From Vicinamibacteria bacterium (lineage in GTDB: Bacteria > Acidobacteriota > Vicinamibacteria > Vicinamibacterales > UBA8438), in contig CAUZDS010000018.1 in NCBI GenBank assembly GCA_963578725.1, forward strand, positions 84 to 64,083: DNA of 64,000 bases, in the 5' to 3' direction. The notes under the pieces are model-generated. The model was not told the origin of the DNA. It saw only the letters and a list, made by a program, of their open reading frames with translations, and did no database searches. Positions 29,364 to 42,963 of this stretch are shown here, piece after piece (position 1 is the first letter of the stretch; every line of letters starts with the position of its first letter). The position numbers were made by a program, and so were the translations under genes.

Positions 29364-29379
29364 TCACAATATATTGTGA
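29364..29379 (-). promoter_or_regulatory. NrdR box (perfect 16-bp palindrome)
   Basis: TCACAATATATTGTGA is a perfect palindrome matching the NrdR-box consensus. It sits 32 bp centre-to-centre from the first box, the typical tandem spacing. Confidence 0.75.
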
Positions 29380-29421
29380 ACGGACCGCTAAAATAGCCAT
29401 CTACTGACTGTATGATACAGT

Positions 29422-30219
29422 TTGTTGGTGTCCGTCGATGAGCAGCCACACCGGCTACAGCCGGTCCCAGGCGCTGTGGCTTTCGAGGCGGCTGCCGACA
29501 CGTCACCGCGACCTACGCTGCTCGGCGACCGGTTCGTGGCACTCGGTGAGGTCACGCTCTGTTCCGGATTCCCGACGCAGCTGGGCGTCATCCTGCTCCT
29601 CAACCTGATCGGGGCCGCTCCGGTCGACGCTGCGGGACGGCTGTCGCTCCCGTATATCGTCTGGCTTTCGCTGGCCGACACCACGCTGGTCCTGCTGTTG
29701 ATTTGGCTACTGCTGCGGGCACGCGGTGAGCGCCTCGTCACCACGTTCGTCGGCGCACGTCCGGCCGGTGGCGAGGTACTGCTGGGCCTGGCGCTCGTGC
29801 CGGTGGCGCTCCTCGTCGCTGCCGTCGCCTTCGGCGTCATGTCGCGGGTCGCACCCGGGTTGCACAACGTGCCCGAGAACCCGCTAGAAGCGCTCATCCG
29901 ATCTCCGGCCGCCGTGGTCTGGTTCTCGGTGATCGCAGTGATCGCCGGCGGTCTCCGGGAAGAGGTGCAGCGCGCTTTCATTCTCCGGCGCTTCGAGCAG
30001 CATCTCGGCGGCGGCGTCGCCGGTCTCATCGTCTTCAGCGTGGCGTTCGGCCTGGGGCACCTGATCCAGGGCCGTGACGCCGCGATCGTGACCGCTCTAC
30101 TGGGTGCCGTCTGGGGCGCCGTCTACCTGACTCGTCGTAGCGTCGTCGCGCCGATGGTCTGCCACGCGATCTTCAATCTGATCCAGGTCGCGATCGCCTT
30201 CAACGCGCGCGCTGGGTGA
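29422..30219 (+). CDS. CPBP family intramembrane glutamic endopeptidase (CAAX protease/Abi family)
   Basis: Multi-TM protein with motif 1 GGLREEVQRAFILR (EExxxR), FGLGH, and motif HAIFN. The start (TTG/GTG 29422-29428) is uncertain. Confidence 0.75.
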   Translation: MLVSVDEQPHRLQPVPGAVAFEAAADTSPRPTLLGDRFVALGEVTLCSGFPTQLGVILLLNLIGAAPVDAAGRLSLPYIVWLSLADTTLVLLLIWLLLRARGERLVTTFVGARPAGGEVLLGLALVPVALLVAAVAFGVMSRVAPGLHNVPENPLEALIRSPAAVVWFSVIAVIAGGLREEVQRAFILRRFEQHLGGGVAGLIVFSVAFGLGHLIQGRDAAIVTALLGAVWGAVYLTRRSVVAPMVCHAIFNLIQVAIAFNARAG

Positions 30220-30255
30220 CGCAGAACCTAGCCATGATCTTCTGTCTCTTCATCC

Positions 30256-30999
30256 TTACGGACTCACCCGGAACACGTCCGCGCGCGCCGTCAGAGACGC
30301 GATCCAGCCGTCGATCAGCTCTCGGCGCAGCGCCTCCGACAGCCGGCGACGCGCTTCGTCTCGCACCGTATCGAACGCCGGCGGCGCACTGTTCGTACGA
30401 AACTCGTCGGCGTGCTCCCTGAAATAGGCAGCCACCTCATCCTCGGTCGGTTGCCGCGCAGACACGAACCGTCTAGCCAGATACCGCTCGATCCGCAGGT
30501 CTGCCCGCAGCACCTGTCTCAGGTCGTCCACCGTGAAACCGATGGCCGGCAGCACCCGATCGAGCACCTCGGGTCCGCCGAGACGCGCGACGAGGCCCGT
30601 CAGGCGCTCCTCCACCTCCGCAGTCGACGGCTCTTCAACGACGTAGCGCGCCACCTCTTCCAAGATCAGCTGACGCTCGATCAGCGCCGTCAGGACCGGC
30701 GGAACAGGGTCGCCCCCGTCGGGCGACTCGATGAGCCGCAGGGCCAGGAACGCGCGGACGTCAGACAGCATGATGACCCGCCCCTCGACGACAGCCAGGA
30801 CGCTGTCGATCAGCTCTCCCGCACCGGGGGTCTGCCTGATCCCCAGCAGCCCGCGGTTCAAGTCCGGCGGTCGACAACGGGCGCCGGCCGCTGGGATGTG
30901 GCGCCGGTCGAACGCAGTCAGACTTCCGCCACGGGCTGCTACCGTGGCGCCCATCAAGGCGCAGAGGAATCCAAACCTGACCAGTCGTCTCGAAGCCAT
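30256..30999 (-). CDS. SurA N-terminal-domain chaperone-like protein (no PPIase domain)
   Basis: Signal peptide MASRRLVRFGFLCALMGATVAARG, then IDSVLAVVEGRVIMLSDV...LIERQLILEE (SurA_N-like). Directly downstream of bamA. The start is trimmed to Met34 so that it follows the bamA stop. Confidence 0.6.
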   Translation of the reverse strand: MASRRLVRFGFLCALMGATVAARGGSLTAFDRRHIPAAGARCRPPDLNRGLLGIRQTPGAGELIDSVLAVVEGRVIMLSDVRAFLALRLIESPDGGDPVPPVLTALIERQLILEEVARYVVEEPSTAEVEERLTGLVARLGGPEVLDRVLPAIGFTVDDLRQVLRADLRIERYLARRFVSARQPTEDEVAAYFREHADEFRTNSAPPAFDTVRDEARRRLSEALRRELIDGWIASLTARADVFRVSP

Positions 31000-31081
31000 A
31001 AGTCGAACAGGCCAACTGTACACCCGGGTCGGACCGGGCACGGAGGTCGGCAACACGGGGCTCGACCTGGACCGGGACCGC

Positions 31082-34015
31082 TCAGAATGCCTGGCCAATG
31101 CTGAGGTGGAGTGCGGTGAGACGCTCCCGATTGCCCGTGAACGTTCGCCGATTCAGCTTGAAACCAAGATCGACTCGGATCGGACCCACCGGCGAGCGAT
31201 AGCGCACACCGAACCCGGCGCCGCCGCGGATGCGGTCCAGCCCGAGGTTGCTGACGCGATCGAAGACGTTGCCCGCATCGAGAAAGCCGACCACCTGCAA
31301 CGTCCCGCTTACCGGTACACGCAACTCGGAGTTCAGCACGACCATGGCGTTGCCGCCGGTCGGAAACCCGTTTTGGTCGATCGTCGCGCTGTCACCCAAC
31401 CGGTCGAGCGCGAAGCCACGCACCGTCGTATCTCCACCTGCGAAGAACCGCTTGCTGGCCGGCAAGTCCTCGACCACGGCGATCTCTGGCTCGCTGCCAG
31501 CCACGAGCACCAGAACACCGTCTTCATTGATTACGGAGATCGGTATGGCGCTGATCGTTAAGGTACGGGCAAAACCGCGGGCCAGACCAAGACGCGCGCC
31601 CACCGCGAACACCAGATCGCCGGGAAGCCGACGATAGAGGAAACCCTGGAGGGTCGTCTTCACGAACCCGACCGCCGAGCCGATCCCCCGGAACGCCACC
31701 TCACTGTCTACCCCCGCCAGCGACCCACTGGTCGGCTCCAACGGGTCGTCCCGAGTGTCCCGAATCACCCCGCTCGAGAAGCTCGACAGCGTGACCTCCG
31801 GAAACAGCCGGTCGACCAGCGGCTGGTCCACGGGCTGCAGCTGCTCGTTGCTCACACGGTTCCGTCCATAGGTGTAACCGACGCTGCCGGTCATGGTAAG
31901 GCCGATCACGCGTCGAAGCTCGGCGCTGACCCCGCGGCTGAACAGATCGAAGCTCGGGCGGATCACCTGCTCGACGAATCCGGAGACGAACAGATCGCCA
32001 GACCTCCCGAACGCCCTGGGCTCGCTGTAGTTCAGCAGGACCCGATACTCATTGAACCCAAGACTGGACTGCTGCAATTCCGCGTCGTCCTCACGACGCA
32101 CACTGACCCGCGTGAACAGGTCGATCGACCGGTTCTTACCCCAGAGATTGCGCCGGCCGATCTCGAAGAAGCCGCGCGGCGCTAGCTCCAATCGCTCGCC
32201 GGCTGCCCCACTCTCCGTCGCGCGCAGTCGTTGGCTGACTTCCACTCCACCGCCATAGCCGACACGAGTCGCCTGCGCCTCCTCGACCACGATCACCACG
32301 TCGCGCCGTGTGCCTCCGCCGTGACTGAACCCGCGAATCTCGATCCGGCGAAACAGCCCCAGGGCGGTCAAACGGCGACGTGTCTCGTCGACCTCGTCCA
32401 GCCCCAACGGTTCGCCGGGCCGCAACGTGAGCTCATCCCGAATCGTAGACGCCGCGATCTGGCGGTTCCCGACGACCAGCACATGGTCCACCACGACCTG
32501 CGTGCCCTCGCGTACCATGAAGGTGACGTCGGCGGTCGCGTTGGCCTCGCCGAACCTGGGAACCACGTCGACCTGCACCGTCTCGTAGCCTTCGTTGAGA
32601 TAGTGCACACGTACGGTGTCGGCATCGGCGGCCACGCTTGGCGCATAGTACGCCGCGCCGGGCGCCGACTCGACCAGCGTGGCGAGCTCGGCCGCGCTGA
32701 ACGCGGTGTTCCCTTCGACGACGACCGCGCCGATCGTCGTCCGCGGCCCCTCCACGATCTCGACCGCAACGCGGACCGGCACGATTGCCGCTTGGTCGCC
32801 ATCATCGGAGGTCTCGAGCTCGATGACCGACGGTCTGACCTGTATGGCCAGATACCCTAGCTGCGCATAGCGCGCGCTCGCAGCGGCGACGCCAGTCTGG
32901 ACGTTGGTCATCACGAGCGGCACCCCGGACGCCACGCCGAATAGCTCGCGGAGCTCGGCAGCGGGCACGGTCAGGTTCCCGTCGAACCGGACGTCCACGA
33001 CCCGGTATTCCACCCCCCGATCCACCGTGAAAACGATCGAGAGCTCGCCGGGCTCGGCCAGTCGACGGTAGGTCACCCGGGCGTTCTGGTACCCGAGCCC
33101 ACGCAGATAGGTCTCGACACGTAGGCTGGAGTCCTCGAGCAGGTCCTCGTCAATCGAGCCTTCCCGTTCGACAGGGACCAGCTCGTCCAGATCCGCGTCC
33201 GGGACCGGATCACCATCGAAACGAATTCTGACCGGAAATCCGGTCTGGATGTCGAGCACCATATCCACGGTCCGTCCATCTGGACTCGGTGTAACGCCGT
33301 GCCGGAAACGGGCCTCGTAGTACTGCCGCGCCCGCACCTCCGTCTGGTACTCGAGGAGCCGGGTCTCGGTCTCGATCGGGTCGTAGGCCGCCCCTTCCTC
33401 CAGACCAAGCCGCTCGAGCACGCGATCCCGGCCGTCGTCTGGCTCACCCCGCACGTCGATCCGGCCGATCCGCGCCGCTGGCCCTTGATCGATGTCCAAT
33501 ACGAGTCGGCCGTCCGACGACGACGTGTCGACCGCGATACGCGCGGCGAACCGGCCCGACTCCCGATACAACGCGGCGAGCATGCTGACAGCGGCAGGGA
33601 CCTGATCGGCACGCACCACGCGTCCGAACCGACGGCCCAACAGATCGAGCAGCTCCTCCTGAGGTCGGCCGAGCGAACCACGGACGTCGACACCGGCAGC
33701 CGCCTGCAACGGGACGAGGTCGTAGCGCAGGACGACCCCACGTGAATCTGCGGTGGCGCTGACCCGCACGTCGGCGAACTCGCCCAAGCTGAACAGGTGG
33801 ACCACGCTCTCGCGAACCTGCCGCATCGACAGCGGCTGGCCGATCCTGGTTTCAACCAGATCCAGTGTCGAGCGGTCGGCGGGCACGCCGGCGCGGAAGA
33901 GACGCACCTCGGTCACCGCCTTGCCCACGAGATCGGCGACCTGGCCCGCGCGCGCCGCCACCGGGGCGGCGAGCAGCGCCGCGACGGCCGCACCCCGCCA
34001 GATCACGTGGCTCAA
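31082..34015 (-). CDS. bamA: outer membrane protein assembly factor BamA (Omp85 family, multiple POTRA domains)
   Basis: 977 aa. Signal peptide, repeated POTRA-like modules, and a C-terminal Omp85 barrel ending ...LTALHLSIGQAF. The TTG/GTG start overlaps the tamB stop. Confidence 0.85.
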   Translation of the reverse strand: MSHVIWRGAAVAALLAAPVAARAGQVADLVGKAVTEVRLFRAGVPADRSTLDLVETRIGQPLSMRQVRESVVHLFSLGEFADVRVSATADSRGVVLRYDLVPLQAAAGVDVRGSLGRPQEELLDLLGRRFGRVVRADQVPAAVSMLAALYRESGRFAARIAVDTSSSDGRLVLDIDQGPAARIGRIDVRGEPDDGRDRVLERLGLEEGAAYDPIETETRLLEYQTEVRARQYYEARFRHGVTPSPDGRTVDMVLDIQTGFPVRIRFDGDPVPDADLDELVPVEREGSIDEDLLEDSSLRVETYLRGLGYQNARVTYRRLAEPGELSIVFTVDRGVEYRVVDVRFDGNLTVPAAELRELFGVASGVPLVMTNVQTGVAAASARYAQLGYLAIQVRPSVIELETSDDGDQAAIVPVRVAVEIVEGPRTTIGAVVVEGNTAFSAAELATLVESAPGAAYYAPSVAADADTVRVHYLNEGYETVQVDVVPRFGEANATADVTFMVREGTQVVVDHVLVVGNRQIAASTIRDELTLRPGEPLGLDEVDETRRRLTALGLFRRIEIRGFSHGGGTRRDVVIVVEEAQATRVGYGGGVEVSQRLRATESGAAGERLELAPRGFFEIGRRNLWGKNRSIDLFTRVSVRREDDAELQQSSLGFNEYRVLLNYSEPRAFGRSGDLFVSGFVEQVIRPSFDLFSRGVSAELRRVIGLTMTGSVGYTYGRNRVSNEQLQPVDQPLVDRLFPEVTLSSFSSGVIRDTRDDPLEPTSGSLAGVDSEVAFRGIGSAVGFVKTTLQGFLYRRLPGDLVFAVGARLGLARGFARTLTISAIPISVINEDGVLVLVAGSEPEIAVVEDLPASKRFFAGGDTTVRGFALDRLGDSATIDQNGFPTGGNAMVVLNSELRVPVSGTLQVVGFLDAGNVFDRVSNLGLDRIRGGAGFGVRYRSPVGPIRVDLGFKLNRRTFTGNRERLTALHLSIGQAF

Positions 34016-37000
34016 AAGGCATGCCTCACACGGAAGTCGAGGGCATAGGTGCGGTCCTCGTTCTGCGACAGAATCCAGGACAGGCGGTCGCTCTGGTCAT
34101 ACTCGAGAACCACGATGAGGTCGCGGTTGGCGCCGGCCAGGGCGCGTGACAACGTCAGCAGCGCGCGACTTGAGATGCGCTTGCCAATCAGTACCCGCGC
34201 CGTCGGGTTGAGTTGCGCCGACTGTTGCGAGGACGGATCGCCGAGCGACGGCGTGATCTGGAACGTGTCTACCCCGAACGAGTCCTGGACCACACGCCCG
34301 ACACCCGACGTCAGCGGGCTGGCGAGTAGTCGAGCCGCACCTGCCTGGATCCGCTGCTGCTGCGCCAGCTCGGGTGCGCGCGCCGCCCGGAGGTCGGCGC
34401 TCGCCGGGTTGCGGATATCCCCTAGCAGGAGTGACAGGATATCGACCTCTGGCAGCGGCGGGTCCGAGGACAGCGTCGGCACCAACCTGTCGAGCGTACC
34501 GGTCACCCGCACGACCACCCGATAGGTCTGACCTGGCACGCGCACGTCGGTCTCGAGCTCGGCGTCGACGAACGGCTCGATCGCGGTCGGATTGGCGAAC
34601 CCAATGGTTCCATGGTTCAAGCGATACCGGTTCCCTTCGATGAACGCTTCTCCCCGTTCGATCTCGGCCGTGCCGAACAGTAATGGCTGTTCGTAGGTGC
34701 CGCGCAGGGTGAGCTCCGCGCTCGACACAATCCGGGTGGTGTTACTCGTCATCCGGAGAGTCGATGGGGCCACGATCCGAATATCGAAGTTCAACGGGAG
34801 CCCTGGCTCTTCGACAACCGCCACCGCCGCCGCATCGTCCGAGCTGCCGATGCCGAACAGCCCGACGTCCATGTCGAGCCCGTCGAGCAGGACCGCATCC
34901 CGGACATTGACCGTACCGGCCAGAAGCGGCGCGCTCACGTCGCCCCTCAGTACCAGATCGGTGTCGATGATCGAGCGGAACCCCACGGGGTACCGCAGCT
35001 GCATCTCCTGGCCGGTGGCGGTGATCGCCAGCTCGCCAGGCTGGAACCCTTCCAGTCCGACGCGCCCGCCGATCGTGACGGGTCCCCCACCCATCATTGC
35101 CGACACATCGTCGAACCGGATGCCTCCCGGCTCGAAAATGATCCGCCCGTCGATCGCCTCGAGCCCGTGCGGCAACGAGAAGTGACGGATGCGGCCGTTG
35201 GACACCGCCGCCTGCCCAGTCAGCACGGGCTGCTGGACGGATCCGGTGACCTCGGCCCGCACCACCGCGTCGCCAGACGCACGGAGGTTCTGAAAGAAGC
35301 CCTGGAGAATCCCAAGGTTGGCATCGCCGTCCACACCGAGCGAGACTTCGTAGGTTGCGAGGTCGACCGAACCCGACAGCCCGAGCGCCGTGCCGGCTCC
35401 AGCCAGCCTGAACTGGTCGACGCCGACCACCCGCCGGTCGAGCGCCAGTAGGACCGGCCCTTCGTTGCGAACGGCGTAGTCGAACAGACTCACGTCCACC
35501 TGCTCGAGAGTGGCTTCGGCGGCCAGGTGGTCCCAGTTCCGTAATTCTCCCACGACCCGCATCGAGCCGCTGACCGTGGCGGTCGTGTAGGGGGACAGCT
35601 CCGGCACGAACATCCGGACGTAGGGATCAAGCGAAGCATTCGCCACCCGGAAGGACAGATCGGCGTCGTTCTCCGCGGTCAGCGCTACCCGGCCGGAGGC
35701 CGAGACGGCGATGCTCGACGACGCGCCTTCGAGGTCAAGGGCCAGCGCGCCGTCGCGAACGTCGAGCCGACCGGTGACCTGCCCGATCTCCTCATCCCCG
35801 ACAAACAGGTCGACGATCGTGCCACGGATCTCAAAGCGCGGGTCATCGAAGCGCCCAACACCGGACGCGTTAAACTCGAGCGTGCCCGACAACGGCTCTG
35901 GCGGCTCTGGAATGAGCGCGAGCGTTGCCACGCCGATGTTGCGCGCGTCCCAGTTGAACGAGTAGGAGTTGTCCCAATCGATGAACGCCGCGCCGGTGAT
36001 TGTCCCCTCACCCTTCCGTATCTCAAGCCCATCGAGCCAGGCGCCGTTCCCCTCGAAGCGGAGCCCCGCCTTAGCCGAGTCGAACGACTCGCCGTAGGCG
36101 ACAAAATCGTCGAGCGTCAAACGGCCGACCCCGAACAGCCGGCGGTAGGCGCCGTAGAGGTGAAAGTCACCGGTCGCCGGCCCGGCAATCGAGTATCCCT
36201 CGTCGAGCCCGAATGCGGCCCGGATGTCGACCGCCGGGAACGATACCAGCCTGAAGACCGCATTCATCTCCTCTCCACCGTCGTCTCGCGACACGCCGAG
36301 AGAGAACAGACCGTCGACGTGGAGCTCGTCGTCATCGCGTCGAAATAGCCCGCCGTTAACTTCCAGATACGCGTTCTCGACCACGAACTCGCCCTGACCG
36401 GCCCCCCACTCGACGTTCCAGGCCCGGACCGACTGTCCGCTGAACGTCGCCTCAATCCGCGGCGACGCGAAATCGCCGAGCATCACCCCATCGACGGTGC
36501 CGAATCCGTCCACGGCGAACGCTCCAGTCGGAGACCCGACAGCCGTCATCACCGCCACCATCAATCGATCGCTCTCCTGCCAGCTCGTACTCGTGAGCCG
36601 AAACGGAATCCGCGATTCGGTGCCAGACCGGGTACGGCCGTCGAAAGTGATGTGGGTCGCCGGCGTGGCGATGCGACCCGACGTCAGATCGATCCAGCCG
36701 TCCTGTATCGTGTAGTCAACCGTGCCGCCGAACACGAACTCGCTGGTCGTGAGGTCGGGCGGTTGCCCGGCCCTGGCCGCGGCCGCGGCCGCGGCCCCGA
36801 ACGGGACCGTGCCGGTGGCCAGCTTGGTCTCCTCTGGTGGCACCAGCTCGATCGACCCCTCGTTCAGAAACTTGCCAAACCCTCCGATCGGCCAGCTCAG
36901 CAGGTGCTGGCCCGAGGCCCGGGAGACCGTTTGAATGCCACGCACCGCAAACAGGCGCGCCAACTGTGCTACGTCGACGTCTTCGTAGCGCACATCGAAG

Positions 37001-38241
37001 ATCGCCTGCCCCGGCTCCTCCTTCCCCAAAGGCGCCATCGAGAAGTCGAACCGGGCGCGGCCGCCGTACGGTGTCGAGACGACGTCCCGGACTTCGAACC
37101 GGTCGGGCTGCCACTCCAGCTGTCCCTCGAGCCCAGGGAACCGGAACTGCCCAGCAAAGAAGTCGACACCACCGACAGGGCTGGTGAACGCCCCCCGCAG
37201 GTCGTGGCCGCCGGCGAACTTGTGGAAGGTGCCGCTAAAGTGCCCCTCACCGGAGGCGGTGAAGTTGTCGTCGGCGAAGAAGAGCTCCCGCATGCGCGCG
37301 AAGTCGATGTCCGACTCCAGCTCGTAGAACATCTCCGGAAAGTCGAGCAGATCGACGTCCCCCTCGAGCACGGTGCTGGCTCCGTCGGTCTCGAGGTTGA
37401 TCCGGGTCAGGTGAACCTTAGCGCCGTCGAGCTCGAAGTCGGTCGTGAGATCGACCCACATCGGCTCGAAGTCGCCGATCTGGATGGTGCCCCCCGAAAA
37501 TGACGCACTGCCCCGGTAATCGAGAACCTTGGCGATTGTGATGTCGAGGTTCGGGCAGATGACGCTCCAGTTCGACCCGTGGTCGTAGTACTGGAACTCG
37601 CCACCGTACGCGTGCAGATAACGCAGTGTCGCGGCGAACCGCCGTGCCGTATCGTCCCCGGACGTGTCGGTTGTTGGGGGAGCGGGCTCGACCGACTCCT
37701 CCGTGCCATCGCGTGTCACGAACGTGGGAAAGCTTTGACGACCACCGGGGAACGACTCGGCCAGCATCCGCCAGTTCGTCATCTCGGCTGTATCGACGAC
37801 GAACTCTCCGTGGAGCAGCGCCAACCAGGCTGTGGACAAAACGATCCGACCGGCCGTCAGGAACGGCCGGTCGCCCGGGTTGAGCCCGCCGATGACAAGG
37901 TCCTCGACGAGAAACCGCCCGGGCACGACATAGGCACTGATCCGGCCGATCGTGACCTCGCGGTCGAGATAGTTCGACGCCGCCTCCTCGGCCTTGGCAC
38001 GGACGGCCGGCCCGAGGTCGATGGTAACCGTCACCACAATCGCGACCGCGACGACGACAGCCGCGGCCCCGGCGCTCCAGCGAACGTAACGCCGGATCTG
38101 GTGCAGGGTCCAGCGACTTAAAAAACGTGCCGCGGGCCCGGTCGGTGGCGTCTCGACCGGATCGGCGACCGCGGTCGTCTCGGCCGCCAACGCATCGTTC
38201 CGCCGATCAGGCGTGTCCGGATCGGACCGTTCCTCAGTCAT
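34012..38241 (-). CDS. tamB: translocation and assembly module protein TamB (AsmA-like, DUF490 C-terminus)
   Basis: 1409 aa. Single N-terminal TM anchor, long beta-rich body, and a C-terminal DUF490-like ...VVLEYDQSDRLSWILSQNEDRTYALDFRVRHAF. Confidence 0.85.
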   Translation of the reverse strand: MTEERSDPDTPDRRNDALAAETTAVADPVETPPTGPAARFLSRWTLHQIRRYVRWSAGAAAVVVAVAIVVTVTIDLGPAVRAKAEEAASNYLDREVTIGRISAYVVPGRFLVEDLVIGGLNPGDRPFLTAGRIVLSTAWLALLHGEFVVDTAEMTNWRMLAESFPGGRQSFPTFVTRDGTEESVEPAPPTTDTSGDDTARRFAATLRYLHAYGGEFQYYDHGSNWSVICPNLDITIAKVLDYRGSASFSGGTIQIGDFEPMWVDLTTDFELDGAKVHLTRINLETDGASTVLEGDVDLLDFPEMFYELESDIDFARMRELFFADDNFTASGEGHFSGTFHKFAGGHDLRGAFTSPVGGVDFFAGQFRFPGLEGQLEWQPDRFEVRDVVSTPYGGRARFDFSMAPLGKEEPGQAIFDVRYEDVDVAQLARLFAVRGIQTVSRASGQHLLSWPIGGFGKFLNEGSIELVPPEETKLATGTVPFGAAAAAAARAGQPPDLTTSEFVFGGTVDYTIQDGWIDLTSGRIATPATHITFDGRTRSGTESRIPFRLTSTSWQESDRLMVAVMTAVGSPTGAFAVDGFGTVDGVMLGDFASPRIEATFSGQSVRAWNVEWGAGQGEFVVENAYLEVNGGLFRRDDDELHVDGLFSLGVSRDDGGEEMNAVFRLVSFPAVDIRAAFGLDEGYSIAGPATGDFHLYGAYRRLFGVGRLTLDDFVAYGESFDSAKAGLRFEGNGAWLDGLEIRKGEGTITGAAFIDWDNSYSFNWDARNIGVATLALIPEPPEPLSGTLEFNASGVGRFDDPRFEIRGTIVDLFVGDEEIGQVTGRLDVRDGALALDLEGASSSIAVSASGRVALTAENDADLSFRVANASLDPYVRMFVPELSPYTTATVSGSMRVVGELRNWDHLAAEATLEQVDVSLFDYAVRNEGPVLLALDRRVVGVDQFRLAGAGTALGLSGSVDLATYEVSLGVDGDANLGILQGFFQNLRASGDAVVRAEVTGSVQQPVLTGQAAVSNGRIRHFSLPHGLEAIDGRIIFEPGGIRFDDVSAMMGGGPVTIGGRVGLEGFQPGELAITATGQEMQLRYPVGFRSIIDTDLVLRGDVSAPLLAGTVNVRDAVLLDGLDMDVGLFGIGSSDDAAAVAVVEEPGLPLNFDIRIVAPSTLRMTSNTTRIVSSAELTLRGTYEQPLLFGTAEIERGEAFIEGNRYRLNHGTIGFANPTAIEPFVDAELETDVRVPGQTYRVVVRVTGTLDRLVPTLSSDPPLPEVDILSLLLGDIRNPASADLRAARAPELAQQQRIQAGAARLLASPLTSGVGRVVQDSFGVDTFQITPSLGDPSSQQSAQLNPTARVLIGKRISSRALLTLSRALAGANRDLIVVLEYDQSDRLSWILSQNEDRTYALDFRVRHAF

Positions 38242-38793
38242 GACCTTGAGTGTCGCCGCTTACGACCAGCAGCACGCCCCCAGCCTCGACGGTGTCGCCT
38301 GCGACGACGAGCACGGCACCGACCACGCCGGCCGCCGGCGCGACGACCTCGTTCTCCATCTTCATGGCCTCGACCACCGCGAGCCCCTGACCGGCCGCAA
38401 CGGTGTCACCCGGCTCGACCATCACCCGCACGACACGGCCCGGCATCGGCGCCGCGACCGGATGATCCCCACCGGCACGCGCAGCGTTGGCGGTCCGCCT
38501 GCGCCGGCCGTCGGTAACGCGAGCCCGAACGTACCGGCCAGCGATCCCGATCGCCAATGCGCCCGGCGCCGTCTCGTGACAGGTCACTTCGTGGCTCGAA
38601 TGCCCGGACGCCGTGACGATCACCGACAGCGCGCCCGGTCGCAGCCGGGCGACGTCGACGTCGTGGCTGACGTCGTCCCAGCTGAGCGTGAACCGCGACC
38701 CGTCGGCGCCGATCGGCTCCACGGTCACCAGTCGCTGCTCGCCCGCCACCTCGACATTCAGCCGCACCGGACCGCAACCCACGCCGGTCGCCA

Positions 38794-38794
<1 letters not shown>
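38234..38794 (-). CDS. biotin carboxyl carrier (BT-like + biotinyl domain) subunit of acyl-CoA carboxylase
   Basis: 186 aa ending in ...PMPGRVVRVMVEPGDTVAAGQGLAVVEAMKMENEVVAP..G.V..V.V..GD.V. Its ATG overlaps the accC stop (TGATG). Confidence 0.8.
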
Positions 38795-40308
<1,514 letters not shown>

Positions 40309-40591
40309 TCGAGTGTTGATCTTCAGACACCAGAGGCACGAACGAACCAGAACGATCCAGCAGCCTGCACGCAACGACGAATCCGCGGTGCCGTAGGCGA
40401 GACGCCGAGCTAGCTGGCAACCTCAGGACAGAGCGAACTATCTATTATTCTAGCACTTATACAGGTGAGACCAGCTCAGAATACATCGCCCCCTGGTCCG
40501 CGCCACTTCCTGTGGCCGGTCGGCGTGCAGGCGATGGTGCTGCTCGCCGTCATCGGCGCTTGGCTGCGTTGGTGAGGACCTCGGCGAGCCT

Positions 40592-42133
<1,542 letters not shown>

Positions 42134-42204
42134 GCTTAGACTAGGCTATCAACGAACCCCGCGCGGGCGCTGCCCCACACCTCGACTCGGGGGTCGGCCG
42201 GACG

Positions 42205-42858
42205 CTACCCGACCGGCTGCTGGGCCTGGGCCCAGTCGGCCAGGAACTTTTCCAGCCCGATCTCAGTCAGCGGATGGCTGAACAGCGCGTCAATTACCTT
42301 GGGCGGGCAGGTGCAGATGTCGGCCCCCATGCGGGCAGACTCGATGATGTGGATCGGCCCGCGCACGCTGGCGACTAGTACCTCTGTCGAAAACTCGAAG
42401 TTCTCGAAGATCTCCACGATCTGCGCGATGAGATCCATCCCGGAGGTAGCGATGTCATCGAGCCGGCCGACGAACGGGCTGACGAACGACGCACCAACCT
42501 TGGCGGCCAGCAGCGCCTGGGCGGACGAAAACACCAGGGTCACGTTGACGCGGGTCCCTTCGTTGACGAGCGTGCGACAGGCCCGCACGCCGGCCTTGCC
42601 GAACGGCACCTTCACGACGATGTGCGGGTCGATCGCCGCCAGTTCGCGGCCTTCGCGCACCATGCCTTCGCTGTCGGTCGCGACGACCTCGGCGCTCACC
42701 GGCCCCTGCACCACGTCGCAGATCCGCTTCAGCATGCCGCGTGAATCACCCCCCACCTTGGCCAGCAGCGACGGGTTAGTGGTAACCCCGTCGATGATCC
42801 CCAGCGGCACGAGTGCCTCGATCTCCTCCAGGTTCGCCGTGTCAATAAACAGCTTCAT
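42205..42858 (-). CDS. tal: transaldolase family 3B / fructose-6-phosphate aldolase
   Basis: 217 aa. MKLFIDTANLEEIE....GIIDGVTTNPSL...VKVP. Confidence 0.88.
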   Translation of the reverse strand: MKLFIDTANLEEIEALVPLGIIDGVTTNPSLLAKVGGDSRGMLKRICDVVQGPVSAEVVATDSEGMVREGRELAAIDPHIVVKVPFGKAGVRACRTLVNEGTRVNVTLVFSSAQALLAAKVGASFVSPFVGRLDDIATSGMDLIAQIVEIFENFEFSTEVLVASVRGPIHIIESARMGADICTCPPKVIDALFSHPLTEIGLEKFLADWAQAQQPVG

Positions 42859-42963
42859 GTCTCAAACACTCCTGCTCGACATGTTTTAGCGGCCACACCA
42901 TAAACGGTTCAAGAGAGTTCATCACCTTGAGAGGATGTCCAATCCCCGCGTAGCGGGCTCGAA

